From: Camelus ferus
Lineage: Eukaryota
Direction: 5' to 3'
Length of the DNA: 64,000 bases
NCBI RefSeq assembly: GCF_009834535.1
Contig: NC_045696.1
Location: 90,026,001 to 90,090,000 of the forward strand
A program made the position numbers and the translations under genes. Numbering within the stretch: the first letter of the stretch is position 1; every line of letters begins with the position of its first letter. A model generated the notes under the pieces. The model searched no databases, was not told where the DNA came from, and saw only the letters and a list, made by a program, of their open reading frames with translations. Shown here piece by piece: positions 12,591-25,914 of the stretch.

Positions 12591-13596
12591 CAAGTGTTGT
12601 TTAAGACCTGCCTCGTTGGCAGTAGCTTCAAGGGGATGTATGTGTAAAGAGGACCTTTCTGCTGAGCTGACCCGCAACAGGTATCCCCACCCACTGCTAC
12701 TGGGTTCCTGGGTTCCTTAGCAAGCTCACAGGGCATTTCTCCTGCTGGTCTTGGTAGCAATTGCCCCAACATTTGGCAACCTGTTATCCCTCAGCTGCTG
12801 AGTAGGGTCAGCCATCCAAGCAGGACTTTGGCAAGTAGACTTCAGCCTGGGGGGAACAGCAGTGAGCCAGACCTCATGAAATGGGATCATTTAGCAGCTT
12901 GATAGGGAAGATATAATTAGTAACACCAGGGAAAAAGAAACAGTCCATGACACCAGAGTGAGAAGTTGGGATACATTCAAGGCATACATCACACAGTAAA
13001 AGGGCCAACAATATGCCATCATACAAAATACATTTTTGTGATGTTTTCAAATATAGTTCTATAAAGAAGGAAATTAAGACAAAAATAGTTAATTCATTTA
13101 TTTTTTTAATTATGTTACTTCAGGACCAAAATGTTAACAGAACTAACAGAATTCACTTTTCCATCAATATGTCAGTACAAATAAAAGTAAGCATAAATGT
13201 AAATAAAAACCCAACATTCTTACTAAGCAGAACACAAAGAAGAAAAAAAAATGCTCCTTGATTTCATATTCTTCCCTTACTCAGGGAAATCCATTTTATA
13301 AAGATATAAATGCAAATGTATAGATTTACTTAAATGTTAGTTTGGCTTCTTAAGTAAATAAAGGCATTGTTTCAAGATCTCAAAGAAAAGATAATTGTTC
13401 AATTCTAGGCCAAGTGACAAATAAGTCCTAGGTCTTGTTTTCAGGATCTCATTGTTGGAAGCAAATAACTGCTTCTCATATAAAAATCAATCACTATTTT
13501 ATAAAGAAACCCTGCAATTACTTTTCTTAACACACACTACAAATAAATATATACACAAAATCAACTATGGAGTATCAGGTCAAGAGTATCAATTCC

Positions 13597-14794
13597 ATAT
13601 CTGACACAGATCTCAGCAATGTTCTCCTAGGGCAGTCTACCCAGGCAATAGGAATAAGAGCAAAAATAAACAAATGGGACCTAATTATACTTACAAGCTT
13701 TTGCACAGCTAAGGAAACCATAAGCAAAACAAAACAACAACCTATGGAATGGGAGAAAATATTTGCAAAAGATGAGACTAACAAGGGCTTAATTTCCATA
13801 ATATACAAATAGCTCATACAACTTAATAACAAACAAACAACCCAATCCAAAAATGGGCAGAAGACCTAAGCAAGCAACTCCCCAATGGAGACATACAAAT
13901 GGTTAATAGGCACATGATAAAATGCTCAATATCGCTAATTATCAGAGAAATGCAAATCATAACTACAGTGAAGTATCACCTCAAACCAGTCAGAATGGCC
14001 ATCATTCAGAAGTCCACAAATGATAAATGCTGGAGAGGCTGTGGGAAAAAGGGAACCCTCCTACACTGCTGGTGGGAATGTAGTTTGGTGCAGCTCTTAA
14101 AGAATACAGTATGGAGATTCCTCAAAAGACTAAAAACAGACTTACCATATGATCCAGCAATCCCACTCCTGGGCATATGTCCAGAGGGAATCTTAACTCA
14201 AAAAGATACATGCACCCCAGTGTTCACAGCAGCACTATTTACAATAGCTAAGACATGAAAACAACCTAAATGTCCATCAACAGATGACTGGATAAAGAAG
14301 CCATAGTATATTTATACAATGGAGTATTACTCAGCTATAAAAAATTATGGAATAATGCCATTTGCAGCAACATAGATGGACCTGGAGATTGACATTCTAA
14401 GTGAAGTAAGCCAGAAAGATTAAGAAAAATATCATAGGATATCACTTACATGTGGAATCTAAAAAAAGTAGATAAATGAACTTATTTTTAAAACAGAAAG
14501 ACTCACAGACATAAAAAAACAAACTTATGGTTACCAGCGGGGAAGGAGGTGAGAAGGGATAAATTGGGAGTTTGAGATTTGCATATACTAATAAATATAA
14601 AGTGGATAAGCACTGGGTTCATACTGTATAGCACAGGGAATGGTGTCTTGTAGTAACTTGTGGTGAAAAGGAATATGAAAACGAATATATATATATATGT
14701 TCATGTATGACTGAAGCTTTATGCTGTACACCAGAAATTCACACAGCATTGTAAATTGACTATACTTCAATAACAATATATATATACAAAAAAA
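13597..14794 (+). mobile_element. 5'-truncated lineage-specific L1 (ORF2 C-terminal remnant, 3' UTR and A-rich tail)
   Basis: ORFs 13567-13812 ([35 protein letters not shown]) and 13899-14258 ([16 protein letters not shown]...[18 protein letters not shown]...[12 protein letters not shown]) are frameshifted L1 ORF2 Cys-rich C-terminus. The 3' UTR ends 'gactatacttcaataacaa...aaaaaaa'. Confidence 0.97.
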
Positions 14795-15109
14795 GGTATT
14801 ATTTCTAAATAGGAAAAGGAATAGTCTCATCCAAAAGCAATGGAACACACCCACCAGGAAAGCTCAGATGTAGATGTGAAGGAATATAAAGTGGACATGA
14901 ACACACCCACCTGATCCAACAATGCTCACATACAACCTCGACACAAGGCCCATGCTAATGACCAATTTCTCCTCATTCAGGTAATGGGTAAGCCTGAGGC
15001 AGGTACCAGATCCTAGTTATCTAAGATTTGCTGTTATAGGTAGGTCTAAGCACACACACAGTATTTAAAACAGAAGTTTTATTTTGGAACACATATAGGG
15101 AAAGCAGAG

Positions 15110-15270
15110 AGTTTTGGTCTAAATGAATGGAGGCTTGAATTCTGATTTTACTGTTATTAACCATGAACCCTTGGGTAAGTCATGTAATCTTTGTAAGTTT
15201 CAGGGGGTTCACCTATAGAAAGAAGGATAGTAGCACTGCCCACAAAGAGTTACCATGAGGTTGCCGTTCT
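15110..15270 (+). mobile_element. MIR SINE
   Basis: 'ggcttgaattctgattttactg...ccttgggtaagtcatgtaatctttgtaagtttcag'. Confidence 0.6.
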
Positions 15271-15944
15271 TTTTGAGGAGGCTGGAATGCCTGGCAGATT
15301 CCTGGGAACGTGCAGAAGGCTCTTCCCTCCTATACTGACCCTAAGTGACCATGTTTTAGTAAAAACAGTCACATTAACTCTCTGCCAGCAGGAAGAAGAG
15401 GCAGGAAAGCCCAGACCCTGCATCCCTGTGAAAAAACGGGGCCTCAAGCTGCCCCATGCGTGCGGTGAAACACACTCGAGTCCCTGAGCATCTTGGTGCC
15501 TCTGTCTCTTAATCTTATCCTTACTCAGGATTATGATTATATTCACTTCCCATAGCTGTGGTGAATACATTAAATCGAATGATGTTTATGAAATTCACCT
15601 CCAAATTCAAAGTATTCTTAAGATACTAGTTTTTGTATAGATGAGAGATATGCAGAAATATAAAGGGTTTTGTTGGAACAATAAAAATTCTAGACCCATT
15701 TGTTTTGTGTTTACAATTTCCTTTTAAAAATCTTAAAAGGTTTTTTAAAAACCTTTCCCCTTTTTAAAAAGAGATTTATTATATTTTTTATACTGAGTGC
15801 ATTAAAGATGAAAAATAGACTTCTTAAGACAGAATCATTTTTTACCTGTTAGAATCTTGTCATTTATAAAACAGGCACTAATAAACTCATAACTTAACTC
15901 AGAGAGAACAGGTACATGGTCTTGGAATTCAAATAAAAGGATCA

Positions 15945-16296
15945 GTTGTCAGAATGTTTGCATCCTCCCAAAACTCGTGTGTTGAATTCTACCCCTCAAC
16001 GTGATGGTATTAGGAGGTGAGGCCTTTTCAAGCGACGACGAGGTCCTGAAGGTGGACCCCTCACAAATGGGATTAGTGCCTTCACAAGAGACCCAAAGAG
16101 CTCTCTCCTCTTCCACCGTGTGAGGACATAGCAAGAAGACAGCCTTCTATGAACCAGAAAGAGAGCTCTCACCGGACACTGAATCTGCCAATGCCTTGAT
16201 CTTAGACTTTCCAGCCTCCAGAGAAATCAATGTTTGTTGTTCATAAGCCACCTAGTCTATGGTATTTTGTTACAGCAGCCTGAATGGACTAAGATA
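15945..16296 (+). mobile_element. MaLR solo LTR, MLT1A0-like
   Basis: 'gtgatggtattaggaggtgaggcctt', 'gatcttagactttccagcctccaga' and terminal 'gtctatggtattttgttacagcagcctgaatggactaaga'. Confidence 0.9.
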
Positions 16297-17169
16297 GTCA
16301 ATAAGTCAAAAATTAAGAACAGCTAAAATTACAGAATTATTTTACAAGTATAATTAAAACGTTAAAGCAGAGATACTGTCCAAAATTTTTTTGTTTGTAT
16401 TATATTTTTAAAGGCATCATTGTCCTATGATAAATCTGACAAAATCCTGAAAACTCAAGGCAAAAGTTTAAAAGACAGATCTTTAGGTATTGTTCATTGA
16501 CTGCTACATGAAGTGTAAAGGTCAGATCACTGCTGTAGAATATTCTTTCATACTCTTTGTAACCTTCACTCACAAAGAAGTTTGAAGGTCACATCAATAG
16601 CTCTATGTATTATTTTTCAACAGTAAGTCAACCTGAGTCATGTGAAGGATTTTCTAACACTTACTGCATTCCTTGATATGAGTGGTTGCTGGCATTACCT
16701 GACGGGGAAAGATTCTTGGTACTTGCGCTGCTAATTCACACCACGCCGAAGACCTCCTGACGGCTTGAAGGGAACAACAACTGAAGTTAATTCATAGTCC
16801 TGCCCTGCCCTTCTTGGATTAACTAAGTCTTCTGCCTCAGATATTCACATTTTTGCTATAAAAGTAGCACCAAAATGCTCTCTAAAAGGAGCACGTTCAA
16901 AGCTCCACCAATAAAAGCCAGATGTGGCTGTGAGAACTGTCGAATTCAATACAAAGCGGAATTCCTCCCACAGGGATAGCAATTTGCTGCTCTGGTTGTG
17001 TGGTTTGGGGAGACTCATCAATTTCTGTGAACTGCACTGCACAACCAATAAAATGGGAATAATCCTGTCTTTCCTCAGAGGGCCGTGCTAAGGAAGATAC
17101 CCCATCTCCTTATCAATGAAAAAAATCTATTCTGATGAAAGAATCACAGTGGGGATGAAGTTGGACAGT

Positions 17170-17400
17170 CTGTGTAGCATACCGGTGAAACACAGGCTGT
17201 GAAGCCAGGAAATCCTCACTCTTGCCATTTTCTGGTGCTACTACCTTGAGCAACGTACTTAACTACTCTGAGCCTTAGTTTTCTCGTCCGTAAATGAGGA
17301 TAATAACAGGACTGCTCCATAGGGTTGTATAAGGATTAAATGAGTTATTATTTGAAAGGCACTTAGAGTAGTATCTGAAACATACTAAGTTTTCTACGTT
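17170..17400 (+). mobile_element. MIR SINE
   Basis: 'ctctgagccttagttttctcgtccgtaaatgaggataataacagg...atagggttgtataaggattaaatgagttatta...aaggcacttag'. Confidence 0.85.
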
Positions 17401-17519
17401 TCAATGCAATATTCAATTTAAAAAACCCACTGGTTATTGTCCTTTTTTCAAAAGTGCTGCCCACTAAGTTTTCCCAGTACACATGTGGGTATAGCTTCAT
17501 GGTTGCCAAAAGATTCCAC

Positions 17520-17908
17520 ATGGCAGAGACTGCGAGCTAAGTTTTTCCCTTCTCCCTAGCCACACGGATCACATTTCCCAGACTCCTCTGCATTTGGGTG
17601 TGGCCAGTGAAAGTGAGGCACGATGGACATTGCTTAGCCCATAAAAACCTTTTATGCACAATCTTTCATAAGCTTTCCCTTTCAATGGCTTGATGCAGAT
17701 AAGCACAGTGATCAAGGGAGCTATCTGCTTAAGAAGGCAGAGCTACGACATGGAAGGAGCCTAGGTCCTAGCATCACTGCATCTCTGGGAGAGCTGTCTG
17801 ACCAGGAACACCTGTATTATCCAGTTATATCAGTAAGAAGTAAATTCCTACCCTATTCAGCTCCTGAAATATTGTTTTAGTAGCTGGCAATGCTATCTTG
17901 ACCACACA
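17520..17908 (+). mobile_element. MaLR solo LTR, MLT1J-like
   Basis: 'cacatttcccagactcctctgcatttgggtgtggcca' and 'ggcagagctacgacatggaaggagcctaggtcc' are typical old MLT1 motifs. Confidence 0.65.
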
Positions 17909-18884
17909 GTCTAGTATTTCCTCCATGGGGCTGCAGATTGAGGTAAAGTCACTACAATCTCAAGTGAATAAAGGGGATGGGGTTGGGCTGAAACCAGATG
18001 CCAGGAGCACGGGTAACACAGAAAAACTTTTTCCAGAAAGGAAAGTAGAGTTATGAGAGGCCAGAGGCTGCTACCAAGGAAATTTTGTAAGAAACGTCAA
18101 ACCCAAAGGGTAAGCACGAAAATCTAGGAGAAAGTATCAGCTGAAAGACGGCTGCATTCAAAACAGGTGCCAAAGGCATAAAACCAAGCACATCCAATCA
18201 GGTCAGATAATTCCCAGAAAATAATCTTTTTTTGTTTTTTGTCTTTTGGGTTTTTTTGAAGGGGGGGTTGGCCAGAGTTCCTGTCCCCATGAACACAAGC
18301 CAACTGTCCAGGAAGTGTAATTTTGTGGCCTGCATTTGGCATAATCCACCCAAACATCTTTCCAAGTGAATTTGCCTTGATGACAAAAATCCCCATAATT
18401 CCTTTAACTCTGAGCTGACACAGTGTGGCCCCTATTAGCATGGAAATGCAATCTAAATTGGACAAAAATAAAATGATCAACTCTGAATTTCTGGGTTTGT
18501 GTTGTCTTATAAGGCAACATTTAACAGTATAAGAACATTTTCCCAACTGCTGATAGAGACTTGAGGAAGTTAAACAAGGTGTGGGTAATTTTTTGATGGT
18601 GGGAAAGGAGCTAGTCGTCTGCATGGACTGTTGCTGAGAGAGGAGAAAGGCAAGTTTGGGTACGTAACTTTTGGTAGAAATGCTAACCATTTGAGAGCTA
18701 GCAAGCCATCTGCAGAGGGTCCCAGGAAGGTTAGAAAAGGCCACTGAAAGGAGGATATAGAAGTGTGGTTCTGGTCACTTCTAGGTTTGTTCTGTGACTC
18801 TCTTCAAAAACAGAACTGTTCTAAACGCCTAATCAGAAAAGCTGGATCAGTTCATTCAAATGAATAGAGTCCTAGCATTCTCTG

Positions 18885-19479
18885 TGTGCTGAATAGACTC
18901 TAAGGTGGCACCATCAACTCCCGGTTTTCACAGTTTTGTGTAGTCATCTCCCCGTGAATATATAAGGAACTTATGACTTGCTTCTAATTTACAGAATGTG
19001 GCAAAGGTAATGGAATGTCATCCTCATAATTACATTATGATATATGACTCCTTCTTGCCTTCAGACTTACTCTAGAGAATCTCCTTGCTGATTTGATAAA
19101 GTAAGCACTGGGAAAGCCAGCATGGCAAAGAACTGCAGGCAGCTTCTAGGAATGGTGGGTTGCCTCCAAGAGCCAAGGGCAGCCTCCAGCTGACAGCTAG
19201 AAAGGAGGCAGGACCCTCTGTCTTGTCCTACAATACCAAAAAAAATGAATTCTGCCAACAATTTGAATGAGCTCAGAAGTAGGTATTTCCCCAGTTGAGG
19301 CTCCAGATGAGAACACAGCCTGGATGACCCTTTGATTGCAGCCTGTGGGACCTTCAGCAGGGGAACCATTTAACTGACACCTTGATTCTCGACTCACAAA
19401 AGTTGTAAGATAATAAATGTGTTGTTTTTAGCTGCTAAATGTGTAGTAATCTGTTACAAAGCAGTAGATAACTAATACA
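18885..19479 (+). mobile_element. MaLR solo LTR, MLT1E-like, with 5-bp TSD
   Basis: TG...CA ends and TSD ctctg at 18880-18884 and 19480-19484. Motifs 'aatgaattctgccaacaatttgaatgagct' and 'taataaatgtgttgtttttagctgctaaat...agataactaataca'. Confidence 0.92.
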
Positions 19480-20534
19480 CTCTGTTCATAGCAACAGTGA
19501 CCACAGCCCCCCACTTCCACTCCATTAATGTTACTCTTGTAACTCTTGTAACATTAGGGTCACTGCCAGAGAATCTCGTCCTAGCAAACTATACTATAGT
19601 TCTCCCACTTCCTCTGTTATCCCCTGAACAGGCTTTAAACCCCTCAAAGACCCCACGTATTTTGATAGTCTAGGAGGCCTCCAACCACATCACATAAATA
19701 ATATCATATCGTACCCATGTCACATAGTAAGTATAATTTTCTCTGCAGGAAAATGAAAATGAACATGAAATTTTTTAATTTGCAATTTTACCTTGAAATT
19801 ATCTGGCTCAAAAACTCATTTAATTTAGAATGTCAATGATTTCTTGGCAATTACCATGCAGACTTAGGCAACTGTGAAAGAACATTTCACCTTCAAATGT
19901 TTTCCAATATAATGAAATTTTCATACATACTAAATTGAACACTTAATGAAGTTGACATAATGTTATTTTTAGGAGATGTTTAAATATTTATTAATTTCAT
20001 TTTTGAAGGGTTCTTTAAGAATTCTGGAGCACATGATTTATTATTCAGGTCTCAATCTGTTCTGTTTTCCCGAGAACCTCGTGTGTCATGGACCTTGTGC
20101 CAGAAATACCTGATGAATAAAAAAAAGCCTGCCTTTCTTGTGTACATCTTTTTTAAATTAAATTTATAATTTTTCATTCAAACAAATGCCATGAATAGGT
20201 CAAAGATAATGCTATTAAAGGAAAAGAAAAGAATAAAAGAACGCATACATATAAATGTAGGGAAACTGAAACCAATGATTATAGTTCTTAGAGCTTGTTA
20301 CTGAAAAAAAAAAAAAAAAAACCAGCAAGCACATGCACATACACACACATCAGAATTTCCTTCTTAATTTTAAACTAAGGACCATGTGGATCAATATACT
20401 CAAGCTTCTGTTTTTCTTTCCAAAAGAGTCAGTAAATGGGAATGTTTTTCTACTCAGGATCCCAAGGCCAATGGCAGCACTTAGATTATGCTTTTGAATT
20501 TACTATCCCTAAAAAATAGAAATGACATCTTTCC

Positions 20535-20640
20535 AAATGAGCAAGTCATTTCCTGACTTTGAACCTCCACTGCCTTATCTGTAAGTAGGAGGGACAGACT
20601 GGTGGTCAGTAAGGCTCCTTCCATCTCTAAAGCCCCAGGG
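20535..20640 (+). mobile_element. MIR3-like SINE fragment
   Basis: 'gagcaagtcattt...gaacctccactgccttatctgtaagtaggagg...taaggctccttccatctctaaa'. Confidence 0.55.
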
Positions 20641-21468
20641 GTCTAAGACTCCAAAGGCAGGAAACAGACTTGAATTACACTATGAATACTGACAAACATG
20701 TTGTCTCTGGCCACACAACTTCATTATTCACCAATCCTTCTCCTCCTGAAAATTATATAATTTTAAAAAATCATTTGTGGTCACCGAAAAAAGACTTGTA
20801 AAAGTAATGGTGTTCAGTCAAGTATTTAGGTGAAGAAGACAAATCTCACCAGGGAAGTCTTCAAATGGCAGCATCTTAAACCATGCCTGGATATCATGGG
20901 AGAAAGGATTGGGTTTCTTTTTATTTATTTTTTTTCTCAAATCATATTCCTTAGTTACCTAGAGCTTGAATGGCCTGGGTGCCCATCTGCCATGACTGTT
21001 TTGGAGACTGTATACAGGAGGGAAGCTGAAGAAAATGACCCCACGGTAGCTTCCGGTTCTGAGGCGGAATCTTAAAGCAATAACAACAGAATGTTCTCAA
21101 CCAAAAAGCAGTCTGTAAAAACTCCAGGAAGGCGCTTGGCTAACACAGTCTTGAGCATTTGGTACAAGAAATACATAATTTATAAACTGGAGTGAGGGTG
21201 AAGATCTATAGGTTGGCTGGAAGGGCTGGCAGAGGAGAATTAGTGACAGTGTAATCTCTGCGTAGGGGATCGGGCTCGCTCCATTTTTTGTGGGTTTAGT
21301 GTAAAAGAGTGGATTGGATGTAAGCCATGAGGAATATAAGGAGGTTACTCTCTGCACAAAAATGAGGCAAAACAATGTAGACAAATGAGACCCTGGGAAC
21401 CCCTGTTTGTGTGCCAGATCCAAGGCTAAATAACATTCATTTATGTTTAAATGTAATCCCTTCCCACC

Positions 21469-21946
21469 TGTACCAGCTGGGATCTCAGCAGGAATAATAA
21501 TCAGCACAGCTGGTTCAAAGGAACAGACCTCAGTGAAGGGTACAGAGGTGCAGACAGGATTAAGGGAGCCAATGAGGGGCAGCAAGGCACCCAGAGACTA
21601 GCAACAGTAGGTGGCAGTCAGCACCCCCTAGGAAAAGGCAGCATTCCTGGAGCCCAGTGAGAACTGGAACTGTCAGGGAGGGGCGGTCCAGGCAGCTGAG
21701 ATACAGGAGGGACACACTCCTTGCCAGAGACGAGGCACTGAAACAGGAGAGAGCAAAGAAATGCCCAGCCTCTCTTTCCTATCACCAACTGATCTGCCAG
21801 TGCCTCCTACTGGCCAATTCAACTGGTGGCCAACTGACAAGGTAGCCTGGGTGATGCATTCATCAAGATCAGACACCCAGGGCACAAAGAAAAGCAGAGA
21901 AGGGACTGGGGCAGGAAGGAAGGAGGCTTGGAAAATAGCCAGGACA
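21469..21946 (-). mobile_element. ERVL solo LTR, LTR33/LTR79-like
   Basis: 'ccagtgcctcctactggccaattcaactggtggccaactgacaaggtagcctgggtgatgca' matches the reverse of the recalled LTR33 consensus. TG...CA ends; candidate TSD ccacc (21464-21468) / caacc (21947-21951). Confidence 0.7.
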
Positions 21947-21959
21947 CAACCCTAAGACA

Positions 21960-22110
21960 GACATGTTATATGTAATGGCATTCTTGTTCGACAGGTCAGA
22001 AAACTGAGGCTCTCAGTAGCTAAGTCACTTGTTCCAGGTCATACTTCCAGCACAAGGTAGCTGAGCTGGGATGTGAGCCCAGGACTGTCTGGCACCAAGT
22101 ACGTGCTCAC
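21960..22110 (-). mobile_element. MIR SINE
   Basis: 'gaaaactgaggctctcag...taagtcacttgttccaggtcata...gagctgggatgtgagcccaggactgtctggc'. Confidence 0.8.
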
Positions 22111-22769
22111 TCCTCTATAGGACTCTCATGATACTTCACGTTGGCAAGCCCTTTGCTATTTACCAATTCTTTCACATACCTGACTGTATTTGTTCCCTAG
22201 AATAAGCCTGAGCAGTAAGAAAGTCAGATTTGAGTTCTGTTTTACAGATGAAGGAGCTAAGGATCAAAGAAGCAATTAACACTTTTCTTCTAAAAGGTAG
22301 GCGATAATGAATGGCTTTGATCAAAAAGGAGAAAACAAGCAATAGAGGGTGGGGGCCACCTGACACATAAACCAGCAAAATAGAAGAGATCAAGTGCTGA
22401 TCAATAATTTGTGAACATTAAAATGAGAAAGGCACTAATAGGTATTTATTATGATAATCTTTAAATATGCCTATGTCATTCATCATTAGCCTAAATTTTA
22501 TTTTTCCCTAAAAATATATAAACAAGATAAGAATAAACATCTGGCCAACTGAGTGCTGCTATTTGAATGGTGCGCCTTCTAAAAAAGATCACCCAGTAAA
22601 GCTGTAGACTATATGACTTAAAGGTGTGAGGCAAAACTATTTCCTATTCTCTAGCCCTTTAGGAGCAAGGGATTGCAATCACTGTTGATCAAGTCTACAC
22701 CTGAGGAGCTACTTTATTTCAAACTCTGTGCCAGAGAAGGTACACAACATATATATTTCATCCTCTCCT

Positions 22770-22860
22770 CAACGCTAGGAGGCTGACATTGCTATCATCC
22801 CCATTTTACGGGTGAGGAAGCTGAGCTTACATAGCTAGCAAGCGGCGTTGCCAGGATACA
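22770..22860 (-). mobile_element. MIR SINE fragment
   Basis: 'tatcatccccattttacgggtgaggaagctgag'. Confidence 0.7.
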
Positions 22861-23149
22861 CTCGATACAGTGCCATCTGTACCCCTCTTGCCTCTCAGAG
22901 ACCCAGGTATCATGGACTCAAAGAGCCACCAAATCTGTGGTCTCTGAAAGTCAAAGCTCTCCCTAGAACTTTTGCTAATTCCCAGGAATTTGCATTCTCT
23001 CACACACAGTTTACGCAGGGCCTCAGTTGTAAAGGGAACCGTGAGCAACACAGACTGTCTGGAAGATGTCACGAGGAAGACCAAGGGGATGCTTACATCA
23101 CAAAACTTCCCAGCAAACAACTGAAAAATTCCCATTAAAGGTTTCTGTT

Positions 23150-23610
23150 TACCGTATGACTCCATTATACAACGTTCTTGAAATGACAAAATCATTTCAG
23201 AGCTGCTGAGCAGATTAGTGGCTCCCAGAGGCTAGGGAGGGGCATGGGACGGAGGTGGCTGTGGCTGTGGAAGGGCAACACCAGGGATCCTGATGGTGGA
23301 ACTGTTCCATGTCTTGACTCTGGCGGTGGTCACGCCGATCTATACATGTGATAACAGTACATAGAACTAAACACACATGTGAGTGCACACACGTGCACAC
23401 AGATACACACATTCAAATGAGAGCATGTGAAACTGGTAAAATCCTAACAGGGTCAGTGGATTGTAGCAGAGTCAGTTTCCTGGTTGTAATACTGAACTAT
23501 AGTTACGTAAGATGTTACCACTGGGGGGAAGTGTGTGAGGGGCATATGAGATCTCTGTGCATTATTTCTTAGTACTGCATGAGAATCTACAACTCTCTCA
23601 AAATTTTAAA
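23150..23610 (+). mobile_element. Old L1 3' UTR (L1MD/L1MC class)
   Basis: 'acgttcttgaaatgacaaaat', 'tttcctggttgtaatactgaactatagttacgtaagatgttaccactgggggaag' and 'gatctctgtgcattatttcttagtactgcatgagaatctacaa'. Confidence 0.85.
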
Positions 23611-23699
23611 TGGAAATATTAATAGTTATATGATAGACTTTGTTGTAAATTTTTCTTCTCTATTTTCCAAATTATCAGCAATGTTGTTCTAGTGATTTT

Positions 23700-24120
23700 T
23701 CTAATTATAGTGAAAAAGAAAAGGGCTGTTGAACATGTGAGTTGATTTTACAAATAGCTAGAGCATAAGCAAATGGAGATGGGGTTAAGAAAGAAGATAT
23801 TCCAGGCTGAAGGAGCAGGAGGACTAAAGGCACAGAGGCAGAAAAGGAAAGGACACGTGTGTTCAGGAAACAAAGGAAACCCCGTGTAGATAGAACATGG
23901 AGGAGTCGGTGAGGAGCTTGGGCCAGATAGGCAGAAAAAGGTGAGATGGGCTGTATCATGAAGAGGAAGTCTGTTCTGAAGGCCTTGTGGGAAGAACAGT
24001 GTCTTTTTTGTGTTTGGGGACTAGGGGAAAGTGATAAGGTCAGAGTGGAGCTTTGGGGAAAGAGGTCTGGCCACACTGGCAGGCAGGATAGACCAGAATG
24101 TTTGTGGACTGGAAGATGAG
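23700..24120 (-). mobile_element. L2 fragment
   Basis: 'agatattccaggctgaaggagcaggaggactaaaggcacagaggcag...tgtgttcaggaa' are reverse L2 motifs. Confidence 0.65.
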
Positions 24121-25289
24121 AACTTCCAGGCAAGACTTAACAAAGACGGATTAAGTCTAGAAACAAAGGATCAATGTGCCAGCACTGCAAAGACTGCAGG
24201 GTGTGCGGATAAAACTCACACTTGAGAAGGGAAATTCCACAGGCATCTCTAGAAGAGTATTTATGAACTCTGCTTGTGTATTCCTAAATAACAAGCGAGG
24301 AAAAACACGTATTTCTGACTTCCATTCTGTTATCAGACGGATAAGAATATTCTTGCCGACACCAGGTGAAATCACAGAAGCAGCTGAAATTACGTCTGGA
24401 TTTCTATCCATGCCTCTGCCTCATATACAGACATAGCCAAAACCAATTCTAATCTCAGTTATTACTAATTTTCAGTCCTAGAATGTATTACAGATTCATT
24501 GGCTCCAACATTTCTCTTTTGATTGTATTCTTTGGTAATCTCAGTTTTTTGTCCCATGAATTTTAACACATACCTTTGCCTGAAAATAAAACAGAAACAT
24601 CTCATTAAGACTATGGTTTATTCAGCCAAAATGAAATTAAAATTTTTTCTGAGTGTTGCCCTACAGGTTTATGAAGATGGTAACCAGGAAGCAATGATTT
24701 CCAATATTTCCCTCTACAGCCTTTCAAATACACTATAATAAAAGTAACCGAAGTCTCTTTTTAAACAGACAGCAGTAATAACTTACGAGAGATCAATGGT
24801 AACCGTTTATCACACAAATAAGCACTGTGGAGTTACAGAACTCCCAGATTAAATGAGAAGCATTTATTACACTTCTGCATTGCAGCAAAATCTTTGGTAC
24901 ACGTTCTACAGAAAACCCAAAGGCAGCCCCCCACTGGTTTTTAATTAAGTGTCATTCCCACTGAGTTAATAAGCATGTTACCTATAATACGACTTTCCTT
25001 TCAAGTTTTGATAATAATTGTTCAAGCTATATTTTGTAATTACTGATAATAGGTTTGATAAAATTCTCTAATTGCCACCCTCTTCTTGACTAACACAACT
25101 AAATGTACTACTCCTTCTGTATTCAAGAACAATCAGTCTTTCCATTTCTAAACCCTTAATAAAAACAGATCATGTGAAATTGATGTTCACCCTGAGAATA
25201 ATATACAACTGGGAAGTTCAGTCCTGAAACACAAACAGATTGCTTTATGGCTAAAAGAATAAGTACTACCAAGATTTAAAACAACTACA

Positions 25290-25460
25290 GTTTCCTGAGA
25301 GCTTTTCTTATACCAGGCACTGTGCTAGGAGTGCTCACTGCAAGAATCGATACAATATACAGTCATAAACTGGGACACAGAGAGACTAGCTTCCTGGTCC
25401 AAGGTCCCACAGCTGGTCAGTGGAGCCAGAATCCTAAAGCCTGTATCCTCTTCAGAGCCC
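25290..25460 (-). mobile_element. MIR SINE
   Basis: 'ataccaggcactgtgctagg...aaactgggacacagagag...tccaaggtcccacagctggtcagtggagccaga'. Confidence 0.7.
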
Positions 25461-25914
25461 ACAATTCCCTCTGTAGGACAGAAATGCTGTCCACTCACTG
25501 GATAAATGAAGACAGCAGTAACTGGCTCCAGATGAACCGTGGCTTGGATAATATCACATCCACTTGTCTATGATGATGCTGGCCAGCAACAGGCACTCAA
25601 AACATGTTTGTTAACTGCATGAAGTTCCCTGTTACCAATTTAACAGAGGCATGTCAACATCATGCCAATTTGCCTCACCTCTTGTGCCCTCTAATCTGTG
25701 TCACACAGGGGCCAAAAACACAGCACCAGTGCCCAGGGTGGTCAGTGGCCAAGCAAATCTGCCCAGGACTTCCAGCCAGGGGTCGTCAACCACTGGCCAA
25801 CTCACCTTTGTTAATCACCTGTATTTGTCTTGACCTAGCTTTTTGCCTTCCAAGCAGTTTCAGCCCAGGCAGAAATACATACATTAAGGTAGTGGGGAGC
25901 TGATCTCTGTTAGC

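Noticed and set aside
13567..14258. L1 ORF2-like ORFs as functional CDS (also 34010-34315, 49070-49270)
   Set aside because: 5'-truncated, frameshifted retrotransposon remnants lacking the endonuclease and RT domains.
18124..18744. 206-aa ORF on -, the longest in the window
   Set aside because: Non-ATG start, no recognisable motif, crosses homopolymer runs, and has no clear exon boundaries.
21601..21620. CTCF-like motifs (cagtaggtggcag here; also ~5633, ~31643, ~40527)
   Set aside because: Partial matches only, some inside repeats. Cannot be supported without PWM scoring or ChIP data.
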